From Octopus sinensis (lineage: Eukaryota): 64,000 nucleotides of DNA. Shown piece after piece: positions 26,357 through 38,697 of the stretch (positions are counted from its first letter, which is position 1; every line of letters starts with the position of its first letter). The notes beneath the pieces are model-generated. The model had not been told where the DNA came from. It worked only from the letters and a program-made list of their open reading frames with translations, and did not search any database. Position numbers and translations under genes: made by a program. The stretch lies in NCBI RefSeq assembly GCF_006345805.1, contig NC_043006.1, positions 34,596,001 through 34,660,000 on the forward strand. Direction: 5' to 3'.

Positions 26357-29300
26357 GGGTAAATTTTGAGACCTTCACTAAGAAAAAAAACCCAACTCGG
26401 ATTTTTTGCGTGGAATCAAGTACCCTGACCTCCTAACATACTGCAAACTCCTTATTTTTGTTCGGAGGAAAGGGAAATCGTACGAATGTACTTCCCAAGG
26501 ATGGGGGAATTTCCGAGGGTTCCACCTCGTGGTACTTGTCTATTGTCGTGGTCCCGGTTTCGCACACGCGAATTCGCGCGCGCCAGACGTAGGTACTCGA
26601 TACTCGAGATCCTACGAGGTGACTTGCGCATGCGCAGTGCAGAATTCGCGCATGCGCGTTAACCCCCCCCCCTAAAAAAAAAAAAAGGTGTTGGATTTCA
26701 CTAAAAATATATATGTGTGTGTGTGTGTGTGTGTGTATATAACATTTTCAATTTTACACAAAAAAATTACATAGTCGCTTTCCTCGCGGATTTACAGATA
26801 AATGAATTAATTACTATTTTACAGAATAAAATTAATGAATTAATTATATAAATTAAATAATTCTTGAAAATTAATTAATATTAATAATATTTTTTGAACA
26901 AAGTAAATAATTTATAAAACTTGGTTAATAATTTTTTTTACACAAACGCGAACGTATATAATTTGTGAAACTTTTTTTTTTCACAGACGTATATAATTTG
27001 GTAAACTTAATGAATTAATTTCTTCTCATCATCATCATCGTTTAACGTCCGTTCTCCATGCCAGCATGGGTTGGACGGTTCGACCGGGGATCTGGGAAGC
27101 CAGAAGGCTGCACCAGACTCCAGTCTTATCTGGCAATGTTTCTACAGCTGGATGCCCTTCCTAACGCCAACCACTCCGAGAGTGTAGTGGGTGCTTTTTA
27201 CATGCCACCCGCACAGGTGCCAGGCGAGGCTGGCAACGGCCACGGTCGGATTGGTGCCAGTCGAGGCGGCTCTGGCATCGGCCACGATTCGGATAGTGCT
27301 TTTTACGTACCACCAGTCCAGGGGTCCTGGCATTTGCCGGGTGTCACACTTGCCCCAACATGTCTTCGCAAGCAAAGGGGGTTGGCATGGGTGCCTGTCG
27401 TGGGATGAGGTTCGATATCAACTTCGCTTGCCTCAATAGGTCTTTGTGTATAAATGTATAAATTTTTCGCACTAAATTCTTTCCGTAGAATTTATCAAAA
27501 AACGCGCAAAATTATTCCGTAGAATTTATCAAATTAAAAAACGCAAAATTAATATATTTTTTGAAATTGCAAATTATTTAGAATATAAAACAAATGAAGT
27601 TAAATTTTAAAAATAAATGTCATATACTTATACTCTGTAAGGTGCTGTGTTCACACTTCAATTTACTATTTTCTAGAAATGTTGCTTTTCTAATTGAAAC
27701 AATTTTTCTCAATCTCCATTTAAAAGTCCATCATGTCTCTTGAGACATATCAAAATGAACAACTTTGAATTACGCGGCGGCGGTGGTGGTGTGAGGTTTT
27801 AATTTTTTTTTCTGATCTCTCTTTGCCCCCCTAGATGGAGGTGTGGTGGGGAGACAGATGAAAGATGTTTCATTCTCTGCTATATATGTATATATATATA
27901 TATATTTCTTAAACCTACACGATATAGTCTATAAATTTGGGATGTTTTTGAAAGATAATATATTTTGTCATCAGAATATATATACTTTCTCACACTACAA
28001 TTAAGATATATTTATTTTAAATCGTTCATCTTTTCCCGCGACAACAAAAATTGGGCGCGAAAATTTTTCTAAATATTAGCGGAATGAACAACTGAGATAA
28101 AGAGGGGGCAAAGAGAGATCAGAAAAAAAAAATTAGAACCTCACACCACACCGCCGCCGCGTAATTCAAAGTTGTTCATTTTGATATGTCTCAAGAGACA
28201 TGATGGACTTTTAAATGGAGATTGAGAAAAATTGTTTCAATTAGAAAAGCAACATTTCTAGAAAATAGTAAATTGAAGTGTGAACACAGCACCTTACAGA
28301 GTATAAGTATATGACATTTATTTTTAAAATTTAACTTCATTTGTTTTATATTCTAAATAATTTGCAATTTCAAAAAATATATTAATTTTGCGTTTTTTAA
28401 TTTGATAAATTCTACGGAATAATTTTGCGCGTTTTTTGATAAATTCTACGGAAAGAATTTAGTGCGAAAATTTTATACATTTATACACAAAGACCTGTTG
28501 AGGCAAGCGAAGTTGATATCGAACCTCATCCCACGACAGGCACCCATGCCAACCCCCTTTGCTTGCGAAGACATGTTGGGGCAAGTGTGACACCCGGCAA
28601 ATGCCAGGACCCCTGGACTGGTGGTACGTAAAAAGCACTATCCGAATCGTGGCCGATGCCAGAGCCGCCTCGACTGGCACCAATCCGACCGTGGCCGTTG
28701 CCAGCCTCGCCTGGCACCTGTGCGGGTGGCATGTAAAAAGCACCCACTACACTCTCGGAGTGGTTGGCGTTAGGAAGGGCATCCAGCTGTAGAAACATTG
28801 CCAGATAAGACTGGAGTCTGGTGCAGCCTTCTGACTTCCCAGATCCCCGGTCGAACCGTCCAACCCATGCTGGCATGGAGAACGGACGTTAAACGATGAT
28901 GATGATGAGAAGAAATTAATTCATTAAGTTTACCAAATTATATACGTCTGTAAAAAAAAAAAAGTTTCACAAATTATATACGTTCGCGTTTGTGTAAAAA
29001 AAATTATTACCAAGTTTTATAAATTATTTACTTTGTTCAAAAAATATTATTAATATTAATTAATTTTCAAGAATTATTTAATTTATATAATTAATTCATT
29101 AATTTTATTCTGTAAAATAGTAATTAATTCATTTATCTGTAAATCCGCGAGGAAAACGACTATGTAATTTTTTTGTGTAAAATTGAAAATGTTATATATA
29201 CACACACACACACACATATATATTTTTAGTGAAATCCAACACCTTTTTTTTTTTTTAGGGGGGGGGGGTTAACGCGCATGCGCGAATTCTGCACTGCGCA

Positions 29301-29591
29301 TGCGCAAGTCACCTCGTAGGATCTCGAGTATCGAGTACCTACGTCTGGCGCGCGCGCGCGAATTCGCGTGTGCGAAACCGGGACCACGACAATAGACAAG
29401 TACCCCGTAATTCATTCAACAATAAAGAAAACAAAAAAAAAAATTCCAATGATTCCGGGATAGGCGCGGGAGTCCGGTTCTTCATCCATTTTCCGACCCA
29501 AAATAAGGAGTTTGCAACATATTAGGTCAGGGTACTTGATTCCACCCAAAAAATCAGAGGTTTTCCTTAGTAAAAATATCAAAATTTACCC
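26357..29591. mobile_element. Foldback-type element / giant inverted repeat
   Basis: Diverged outer TIRs beginning GGGTAAATTTTGA. Inner arms 26531-27830 and 28104-29404 are ~99% reverse-complementary around a 273-bp spacer. Flanked by direct repeat AGAAAA (26351-26356, 29592-29597). No transposase. Confidence 0.75.
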
Positions 29592-30879
29592 AGAAAAATT
29601 GACATAAAACCAGTGACATATCTGAATGTATATGTGTTTGTGTGTATGTCTACTTACATTCATATACGTAAATTCGAATTAAGTACAAAGTACCATAGAA
29701 CAAGTTGCCTATGGTTAAAATGTGTGACACAGATTCAATTTTCTCGTTGAAGACATTACTTTCCACTCATTGACGTTGTTATTGAGGAAAGTCACGGATG
29801 TTATAACTTACCAGTTCCGTTTCTTTTAATGGAAACATTATCACGTATGACGAAGCAAAACAACACGGCCAACATTAATGGGTCTCTATCAATTTACATC
29901 CTTCCTCTAGCTATCCCTCTCTCTCTATACCCCCCTCTGACACTGCACATTTGTCTCATTCTACCTCTCTGTCTTTCTCTTCCCCCTCACACTCCGGTTT
30001 TATCTTATCCTATCTCACCACTTTCACATTCACTCTTCGCCTTCCTTCAACCTACCTCTTTCTTTGACTCTATCTCTCTGATGTCCCTATCTTTCCTTTC
30101 ACCCTATCGCCTCTTTTTACCTTTCTCTCTATTCATCCATCCTGTCACCCTTATCTTTATAACTCACCTATCACTCATTTTGGCGCCCATATCGTTCATT
30201 CGAAAGAGGGCCGTGAAAAATTACTTGGCATTTGTTGAGTTGAAAGATGAGACAGATGACATCAAACAACCGACTCATTTCTGAATTTTGGTCTTTTATT
30301 AAAAGCATTTTAAACTTTCGTTTTTGCTACTTGATACAATCCAGGTGGATTAGAGTAACGGTTATAGTTTCATATTGATGAGTCATCGAGACACAATTCG
30401 TAACGAATCATGAAATGAAATACAAAAAATAAATACACAAACTTAATTTATTCTTTTATTGGCCACAAGGGCTAATATATATTATACATAAAAGACAATA
30501 CAAGACAATACAAAATGTTTTCCCATTCGTGCAAACAACAGAGAATGGAAATAATAATAAATAGAAGTCAGATTACAAATGTACTCCAATATTTAACTTT
30601 ATTCTGAGTTTAAATACTCTCAAGGGCTAATAGAAAAAGTGAAATAAATGTGCAGGGAAAAATGCAAAAGTATTAAATATTATATATTTGTACAAAATAA
30701 TTTGAGATACACAACATGCTCCGTGAACTAACAAGCTTACTCGTCGTGCTTGATACGGCAGTTATATCTCCCTCGCAGTACATTCTTCCATCTTTAAAAA
30801 AGAAGAATACATTGGATAAGTAGTCGTGGCTTGGAAAGAAAAGGTAAAAAAAGAAAAACGATGATATTATTCTTTTCTA

Positions 30880-31270
30880 CTCTAGGCACAAGGCACGAAA
30901 TTTTGGGGGGAGGGGACCAGTCGATTACACCGACCCCACTACGCAACTGATACTTAATTCATCGACCCCGAAAGGATGAAAAGCAAAGTCAACCTCGGCG
31001 GAATTTGAACTCAGAACATAAAGACAGGCGAAATACCTATTTCTCTACTACCCACAAGGGGCTAAACACAGAGAGGACAAACAAGGACAGACAAACGGAT
31101 TAAGTCGATTATATCGACCCCAGTGCGTAACTGGTAATTACTTAATCAACCCCGAAAGGATGAAAAGCAAAGTCGACCTCGGCGGAATTTGAACTCACAA
31201 CGTAACGGCAGACGGAATACCGCTAAGCATTTCGCCTGGCGTGCTAACGTTTCTGCTAGCTCGCCGCCAT
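30880..31270 (-). mobile_element. Tandem pair of tRNA-derived SINE family C
   Basis: Shared core GAGTTCAAATTCCGCCGAGGTCGACTTTGCTTTTCATCCTTTCGGGGTCGAT. Other copies at about 5190-5630(-, two), 26160-26340(+), 49360-49470(-), 63650-63820(+). Confidence 0.8.
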
Positions 31271-31852
31271 AAAAACGATGAGATTATCTAAGCTGGAATG
31301 TCTGATCTTAGGTTTGCTCAATCCGAGCTGACCTAGATCCTCTTCGATTTTCCAGCATATAAATAGGTGAATTTCAACCGCGAGTTCACAAAGAAAGAAC
31401 TTTCTTCAAAATCTATATCAAGCAGAATTTAGTGAAACGTCTTTCAAACAAATTCCCTCGTCGCTTTCATCGTTCGGATCCGCATTGTATTCATTGATAC
31501 ATACACTCAATGTTTTGAGTGAGTACTTCATTGCAAAATCAACAAAATGCTGAAACCTGTCACATTATCAAGAATATTTTGATGAATCATGAACTGCCAT
31601 ACTTAATTAACCAACCCACCCAATAACCCACTCACTATCAAGGGCTGTTGACATCTTGCATGCGCAGTCATGAGATAACCCAGAATTCAGTAGATATTGT
31701 TGTCTATACTGCTTGTTCTCTTAACGGCACCATTTTCTTTCTACATGTCCTTCATTACTAATTGGTGACCCCTTCTTTACCGGTGCCCAAACTTTGATCT
31801 TTTCTTCTTCAGCTGAGCGAACAGAATATTTCCCCTGGTTCTCCGTCCCAAC

Positions 31853-32090
31853 TGTTATATAATCATCACAACAAACATGAACAATCAACGTCGCCCATTG
31901 TCTCCCTTGATAAAAGGACTTTCACTTTGTTTCCCGCCAAAACAATTAACTTGTACAACAACGGCAGTCGAATAAAGTATCTTGTATCGTTAACACGTTG
32001 TTTCAGTCTCTCTCATTTTCTTAATCTTTCATACTAAGTACTCACTACTTCCTTTAATACTCAATACATTATATATATATAACAACAACA
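31853..32090 (+). repeat. Gypsy 5' LTR (238 bp)
   Basis: Identical by eye to 36147-36386 from TATAATC onward; contains AATAAA; ends ...AACAACA. Confidence 0.95.
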
Positions 32091-32101
32091 TGGTGTCAGA
32101 A
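32091..32101 (+). promoter_or_regulatory. Primer-binding site (tRNA-Leu-like)
   Basis: TGGTGTCAGAA immediately after the 5' LTR, complementary to the 3' end of tRNA-Leu(CAA) (...UUCUGACACCA). Confidence 0.8.
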
Positions 32102-32168
32102 TACTAAAAGAACCCAAAATACAGAAACCAAAGGAAAAAAGAAGTTGAAATCATACTTCAAAGACGAA

Positions 32169-34361
32169 ATGGAAAATTTACCGCATCCAAAAGACCTAGA
32201 CTTTAATCATGAAAATCTAGCCGCAGCATGGAAAAAGTGGAAAAAAGAATTCAATCTCTTTTTGATAGCAACAGAAAGTGACATGAAGCCAGACAAAGTA
32301 AAAACTTCAATGTTTTTAACTTGCATCGGTTCCAAAGGCCGAGATATCCATTCCACACTGGATTTCGATTCACCCGACGAAGAAATGAACCTTCAGACAG
32401 TAATCGAAAAATTCGATGCATATTGTGAACCCAGGAAAAACATAACTTTCCTAAGACACAAATTCTTCACATGTGGACAAGCGGAACATCAAAAATTCGA
32501 TGAGTACGTAGTAGAGTTGCGCCAAAAGGCACAACAGTGCGAATTCGGCAACCTCACAGACAGTCTCACCAAAGATATTCTGATATGTGGAATCAGAGAC
32601 ATGAGATTAAGAGAAAGATTATTGAGAGAACCAAATTTAGACCTACAAAAAACAATTCAAGCAGGTCAGAGTGCAGAGCAAACACGACTCCAATCAAGGA
32701 TGCTAAATGCCACATCCGAAACAAGAGATAACGAAATCTCGAGGGTATATAGTCAACACGACAGAAAAGGCGCCAAAACTCAAATAACCCGCCATATGCA
32801 ATCCAGACATCAAAACGAACAAGGCGGAAGTGACAGAAAGCCCGCGAAATTTCAAGCGCCAAGTCAACACTACGTCACTAACTGTCACTATTGTGGTTAT
32901 AATCACAAAAGAAATAAATGCCCAGCATTTCACAAGACATGTGAAAAATGCGAGAAACAAGGACACTATGCAAAAATGTGCAAATCAAGAAAATTTGTAC
33001 ATAAAGTAGAGATACATACCGACGATGAATCAGATGACGATACACATGCACTCGAAATGATCACTGCAAATAATTCCCGCGTGCACAAAATCGAAAAGTT
33101 CAAGACTCCAAAAGACATTTGGACGGTCGAACTAAAAGTGAACAACTCGAATGTAACATTCAAAATAGATACAGGAGCAGACGTAACCGTACTGCCATTC
33201 AGAGAATATAGAAATATAATTCCAAAACCACAACTGCAAAAAACTTCAACTCGATTATCAGCTTATAATAACACAGCTATAAAAGTGCTAGGAAAATGCA
33301 CAGCAGTCATTAAATACAAAGAATTATCAAAGCAAATAAAATTCATTGTTGCAAAAACAAACTCGCACGCAGTTATAGATGCAAAGACAGCTAAAGATCT
33401 GAACCTGATTCAGAGAATTTCAAAAATAAATTCGTCGAACACAAACGACATATTAGAAAAATATGAAGACTGTTTCGGAGAAATCGGCACTTTGTCAATA
33501 ACACATCATATCACAGTGGATCCACAAATAACTCCTGTAATTCATCCACCAAGATCGGTTCCTTTTTCTATAAAAGAAAAACTCAACAAAGAATTAAAAA
33601 GAATGACAGAATTAGATATCATAAAACCTGTTAGTGAACCTACAGACTGGGTAAATTCCCTAGTCATCGTTGAAAAAGCCAACGGAAAACTCCGACTCTG
33701 TTTAGACCCCAAGAATCTAAACAAAGCCATAAAAAGGCAACATTTCAAACTCCCTACAGCGGAGGACATTTTTGCACAAATGCATAACCCTAAATATTTT
33801 TCAAAACTTGATGCATCTAATGGATACTGGCAAATTCCAGTTGACGAAGAAAGCTCCCATCTTTTAACGTTCAACACACCTTTTGGAAGGTATCGCTTCA
33901 CACGACTACCCTTTGGAATTCACAGCGCCAGTGAAGTTTTCCAAAAAGAAATTTCAAAAATAATAGAGGGCATAGAAGGAGCAAGAAATTCACAGGATGA
34001 CATCATAATCTGGTCCAACACTTTAGAAGAACACACAAATAGACTACAACAAGTTTTCGATCGAATCCGAAAGCACGGATTAAAGTTAAATAAATCAAAG
34101 TGTATCTTCTATGAATCACAAATCAAGTACCTTGGGCATATATTAACCAGCGAAGGGATAAAACAAGATCCAACCAAGGTACAAGCAATCATTCACATGC
34201 CACTGCCAACAAGTAAAAAAGAATTACAAAGATTCCTAGGTATGACAAATTACCTATGTAAATTTTTATCTAATTACTTACTCCGAAGTCACAGCACCAT
34301 TGCGCCAGCTTCTACAGTGACACGTTATGGTCATTCGACAAACCACAAATCGAAGCAATAA
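32169..34361 (+). CDS. Gypsy Gag-protease-RT polyprotein (frameshifted near 34280-34320)
   Basis: Two Cys/His knuckles (CHYCGYNH...C; CEKCEKQGHYAKMC), protease FKIDTGADVT, RT motifs LRLCLDPKNLN, LDASNGYWQ, FTRLPFGI, SQDDIII, KYLGH. First ATG at 32169. Confidence 0.93.
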   Translation: MENLPHPKDLDFNHENLAAAWKKWKKEFNLFLIATESDMKPDKVKTSMFLTCIGSKGRDIHSTLDFDSPDEEMNLQTVIEKFDAYCEPRKNITFLRHKFFTCGQAEHQKFDEYVVELRQKAQQCEFGNLTDSLTKDILICGIRDMRLRERLLREPNLDLQKTIQAGQSAEQTRLQSRMLNATSETRDNEISRVYSQHDRKGAKTQITRHMQSRHQNEQGGSDRKPAKFQAPSQHYVTNCHYCGYNHKRNKCPAFHKTCEKCEKQGHYAKMCKSRKFVHKVEIHTDDESDDDTHALEMITANNSRVHKIEKFKTPKDIWTVELKVNNSNVTFKIDTGADVTVLPFREYRNIIPKPQLQKTSTRLSAYNNTAIKVLGKCTAVIKYKELSKQIKFIVAKTNSHAVIDAKTAKDLNLIQRISKINSSNTNDILEKYEDCFGEIGTLSITHHITVDPQITPVIHPPRSVPFSIKEKLNKELKRMTELDIIKPVSEPTDWVNSLVIVEKANGKLRLCLDPKNLNKAIKRQHFKLPTAEDIFAQMHNPKYFSKLDASNGYWQIPVDEESSHLLTFNTPFGRYRFTRLPFGIHSASEVFQKEISKIIEGIEGARNSQDDIIIWSNTLEEHTNRLQQVFDRIRKHGLKLNKSKCIFYESQIKYLGHILTSEGIKQDPTKVQAIIHMPLPTSKKELQRFLGMTNYLCKFLSNYLLRSHSTIAPASTVTRYGHSTNHKSKQ

Positions 34362-34375
34362 AAAAGCTAAAAGAA

Positions 34376-36109
34376 ATGATTACCAGAAAACCAGTGCTAC
34401 AATTTTATGATCCAGATCTACCAATAAAAATAACTACAGATGCTAGTAAGCATGGGCTCGGAGCGATACTTGAGCAGAAACACAACGAAAGATGGCTACC
34501 TGTTTCGTTTGCATCTCGTGCAACAACTCAAGCGGAACAAAACTACTGTCCGATAGAGAGCGAAGCTCTCAGTATAGTTTTCGCATGCAAGAAATTTCAT
34601 CAGTTTATATACGGAACTCATTTCAGAATCGAAAATGACCATAAACCGTTGAAGCAAATATTTAAAAAATCGATCACTAAATGCCCCCCCAGAATCCAAA
34701 GATTTCTACTAACATTACAAAGATATGATTTTGACCTAAACCACATACCTGGTAAAGAATCAATTGTTGCAGATACCCTATCACGTGCATACCTTGAGCA
34801 AAATACTCCAGAAGTATCAGACGAAGATATGAAATCGCACATTCATGCAGTAATAAAAAATTACCCCATAACCGACACTAAATTAAACGAGTATAAAGAA
34901 GCCACTGCAGACCCGTCTCTACAGACACTCGTCACATATACAAGAACAGAATGGCCCCCAAAAGACAAAATACCAATAAACATCAAACCATTCGTATCCG
35001 TTCGTGATGAAATATCAATCGTCAATGGTCTCGTTCTAAAAGGTTCAAGAATAATTGTACCTAAGTCATTACGTAGAGAAGCTCTACAGGAAATACATAC
35101 CGGACACATGGGTATCGAAAAATGCATAGAGAGAGCGAAGGAATGTATATACTGGCCCGGCATTAACGCTCAAATCAAAGACATGATTAACACATGCTCA
35201 TACTGCATTGACTACAAAAATCAACAAGCAGCCGAACCACTAATAAATCATGAAATACTACTACACCATGGGCCAAAGTGGGTACAGACGTATTTTACCT
35301 GTCTGGAAATTCGTATGTCACAATTATTGACTATACAACAAGATTTTTTGATCTACACGAAATAAATGATTGCCAGTCAAAAACCGTAATCAAAAAATTA
35401 AAAGAAACTTTTGCTAAATTCGGAATTCCGCAAACAGTTGTAAGTGACAACGGTCCAGAATTCAATTCGGCTGAATTCAAAAAATTTGCAAAAAATTGGC
35501 ATTTTCATCACACGAAGACAAGCCCGCATTATCATCAAGCGAATGGCATGGTTGAGAGAAATATACAGACAAAAAAAGACGCTAAAAAAGGCATTCAAAA
35601 GTGACGAAGAACCTCAGTTAGCGCTCGCGCATTACGCACGACTCTAATTACAAAATGGTGCACCATCCCCTGCAAATCAAATAATGAATAGAACATTGCG
35701 AACAAATCTCCCAAACATACTACACGACAAAATTGGTATCAGGCCTCACGAAAAGAAGAAATCAAACATTACAACAGAACTCCCAGAGTTAAAACCACAC
35801 GACACGGTTAGAATTAAGTTTAACAACAATTGGTTTAGAAGGGGCAAAATAATTAAAAAACTAGAGCAACCTCGTTCATACTTAGTAATAACAGAGGAAG
35901 GTAATACAGTCAAACGAAATAGACAACATATTCTTAAAACAAACGAACACGTTCGCATAACAGAAGAAATAGATTATGAAAATATATTTCTAAAGTCAAC
36001 AAACACGCATGAAAAAACAAAAACAGCACAACTACAGAATTCAACACTACAAAATAATAAAACCACAAAAAGTGGACGACGAATAATTATTCCCTGTAGA
36101 TACAGATGA
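34376..36109 (+). pseudogene. Gypsy RNase H + integrase, interrupted by small indels
   Basis: RNase H TDASKHGLG...ENDHKPL; integrase HHCC (HTGH...CSYC) and D,D,E motifs (GTDVF, VSDNGPEF, NGMVER) spread over three frames. Frameshifts near 35260, 35570 and 35630. Confidence 0.92.
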
Positions 36110-36146
36110 TATAAAAAAAATTTAAAAAAAAAAAAAAAAAGGAAGA

Positions 36147-36386
36147 GTTAGATTATAATCATCACAACAAACATGAACAATCAACGTCGCCCATTGTCTC
36201 CCTTGATAAAAGGACTTTCACTTTGTTTCCCGCCAAAACAATTAACTTGTACAACAACGGCAGTCGAATAAAGTATCTTGTATCGTTAACACGTTGTTTC
36301 AGTCTCTCTCATTTTCTTAATCTTTCATACTAAGTACTCACTACTTCCTTTAATACTCAATACATTATATATATATAACAACAACA
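36147..36386 (+). repeat. Gypsy 3' LTR
   Basis: Follows the polypurine tract (A-run + GGAAG, 36124-36146). Differs from the 5' LTR only in the first ~6 nt (GTTAGAT vs TGTTA). Confidence 0.95.
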
Positions 36387-38655
36387 CCAACCAGATGATA
36401 GCACAGAACCCTTCGTTACAGCCATAGCTCAAACATATTTCATAGTTGCCTGTTAGTTTTCGTCATAGCCACCTCTCAGTCTTTTCTGCTACGCAGAGCA
36501 AATGCTTCATCTAATTGATTAGGCTTGACTTCCCGTGCCATTTTTCTTCACGATCTAAGCTTATCTCGTTGTCGATCACCATATCTTCGCGAACTGCCAC
36601 GGTCAGTTGTTATGTAATAGCCAAGAAAGTTAAGCTGGTGGTCGACTCTGGTTTTGTAGTCTCCATTTTTTCTTATCAGTAGTCAATTTTTATTTATCTA
36701 CAAGAAACACACTTCAATTGTATTCTCATTTTTCATCAAATGACGGCGCACATCTCAAGATCAGCGTAGATACGAGTTAACCAGGAATTCTTTCATGTGG
36801 AAATATCAAAATTTCCTTTAAGTCACACACACATAATCTACTGCCTTAATAAAAAGAAAAGCACGCGACATAATGTAGTTCATCACAGACTGTCTGGATG
36901 AAAACTGGAATGCAGGTTGAGTGATGAAGTTGCGACACAGAAAATGTTAACTATTCTTAATTATTCGACCGACTTTCTAAGTGACCTGATTATGAACAAC
37001 ATCAGTATGTATAAAAAGGCATTATCCAACGTACTCCTGAATTTTAATAAAGCTAGTAGAGTGTAATTTGAGAGATTTAGCTGCTTTTTCTTGTAGTAAA
37101 GTCATTGGGGCGCACACACAGGCTTTAAGAAACTCGGACCTCATTTTCCAGCCCCACAGACAACAATCAAAATTTACACCACAATCCAGCCATTTTGTTG
37201 AGATTCAATTGCCAATCACTAATTTATTATGTACATATTATTTTAACATTTCAATTCACTTCATTAATGTTTGAAGTTATTTGCATGTTTCGTAGGTGGT
37301 TCCTAAATGAGTACCTTCCATCATTTCTCCTAATTCTGTTCCTTGCAATAATGTATTGCAAAAGCAATACATTATTTTTTTTTTTTATTAAATAAAATTC
37401 ATTTTAGTTGATTTTCTGTCAATGAAAAGAAAGGTGTAAAAGACAGTGGAAGACCCATTCCGACATTAAATTCGACGAAAGTACAACAAAGAGAACGGGA
37501 GAAAATTTAACTCCAAACTTTATGAAACTTGACCTGGCTGTGGTAAGAAATTTGCTTCCCAAACACATGGTTCCGGGTTCTGTTCCACTGAGTGGCCCCT
37601 TGGCAAGTGTCTTCTACATTAGCCCCGTGAGTGTATTTGGTAGGCAGAAACTGTAAGAAGCCTATTATATAAAACAAGTAAATGAAAAGATAAAAGACAG
37701 AAGTATTTCTAATAATATATTGTATAACTGGCCTTGTATGCTACCTTGAAACCAAATTCTATACAGAATTCTGAGACTAAAGAATATAATGAACTTGTAG
37801 CGAGGCTTATATTCCAAACTACGTTAGCTTTAACGAGAAATAAATAGGGCACAGCATATTAGGCGACTTGTCCTGGATTTTAATCATTAGTATTTCAGGT
37901 ACAATCGTGTAATCAATGGAAGTTTCCATTAGTTTTCCGCTAAAATTTGATGATAGGTACAGAAGCGCGAAACAATTCGTGTAGAGGTTGAAAATCGGGG
38001 GCACAGGATTCTTGGTCGCTGCTCGACCACAGGTTACAAATAATCACTTGTTTACGATGTACCCAGCATTCTCACATTTCCAAGCACTGATACAGGAATT
38101 CTTAATTTTCACCTCACGCCCCACACGAATTATAGTCACTAAATATTGTCACGACATATTGTAATCGTTCGCCATAAAAGTTCAGTGACTCCATTAGAAG
38201 CATATCTCAGTTTAGGTGGTTGGTTCTCAAACAATTTGGAAATGCTGTAGTTAAAATAACATTTTGCAAAAAAAAAATCCCTTTTTGTAGACAATAAAGA
38301 CATTTTTTGAAAATAGAAATATCTTGAACGAGTTAATTAAAATAATACCCTTTTTATTATTTTGATTTAATTTTTTTTTTTTTTGCGAATACAGTTGGGT
38401 TTTCGGGGTCAAGATGAAAGTGATAAGCGAATAAAAAACATGGGGGGAAATAATTTTCATTCCAAAACACCAAGTTGTCCCCTCCTAACCCAAACAACAC
38501 CCTGTTTTTAAATACACATAATGTGTGTTTAAAATCTGGTTGGGATAATATGTAGAATAAATTTAATAACATATGATCAGTAAATAACGAAAATATAACA
38601 GTGAAACTATTTTCAGTTCGCTGATCCATATTGATGAATACACGAAGGTAAATCC

Positions 38656-38697
<42 letters not shown>

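Larger units (their letters stand above)
31853..36386 (+). mobile_element. Full-length Ty3/Gypsy LTR retrotransposon (Mag-like by inference)
   Basis: 5' LTR 31853-32090 (TG...CA) and 3' LTR ~36147-36386; 5-bp TSD CCAAC (31848-31852, 36387-36391); PBS and PPT present; gag-PR-RT-RH-IN order. Confidence 0.97.

Noticed and set aside
27058-28876. Mirror-image 116-aa ORFs (27058-27408 + and 28526-28876 -)
   Set aside because: They are chance frames in the duplicated RTE 3' tail; similar peptides arise from other tail copies (3414-3710, 11111-11515, 18004-18351).
32537-35958. Antisense and alternate-frame ORFs within the Gypsy element
   Set aside because: They are shadows of the gag-pol frame with no independent motifs.
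31600-36700. Sequence interrupted by the Gypsy element, faintly piggyBac-like on the minus strand (RGGYD..., RSAEEEKIKVWAP)
   Set aside because: It needs several frameshifts, shows no catalytic motif, TTAA or TIRs, and the similarity is too weak to call without an HMM search.
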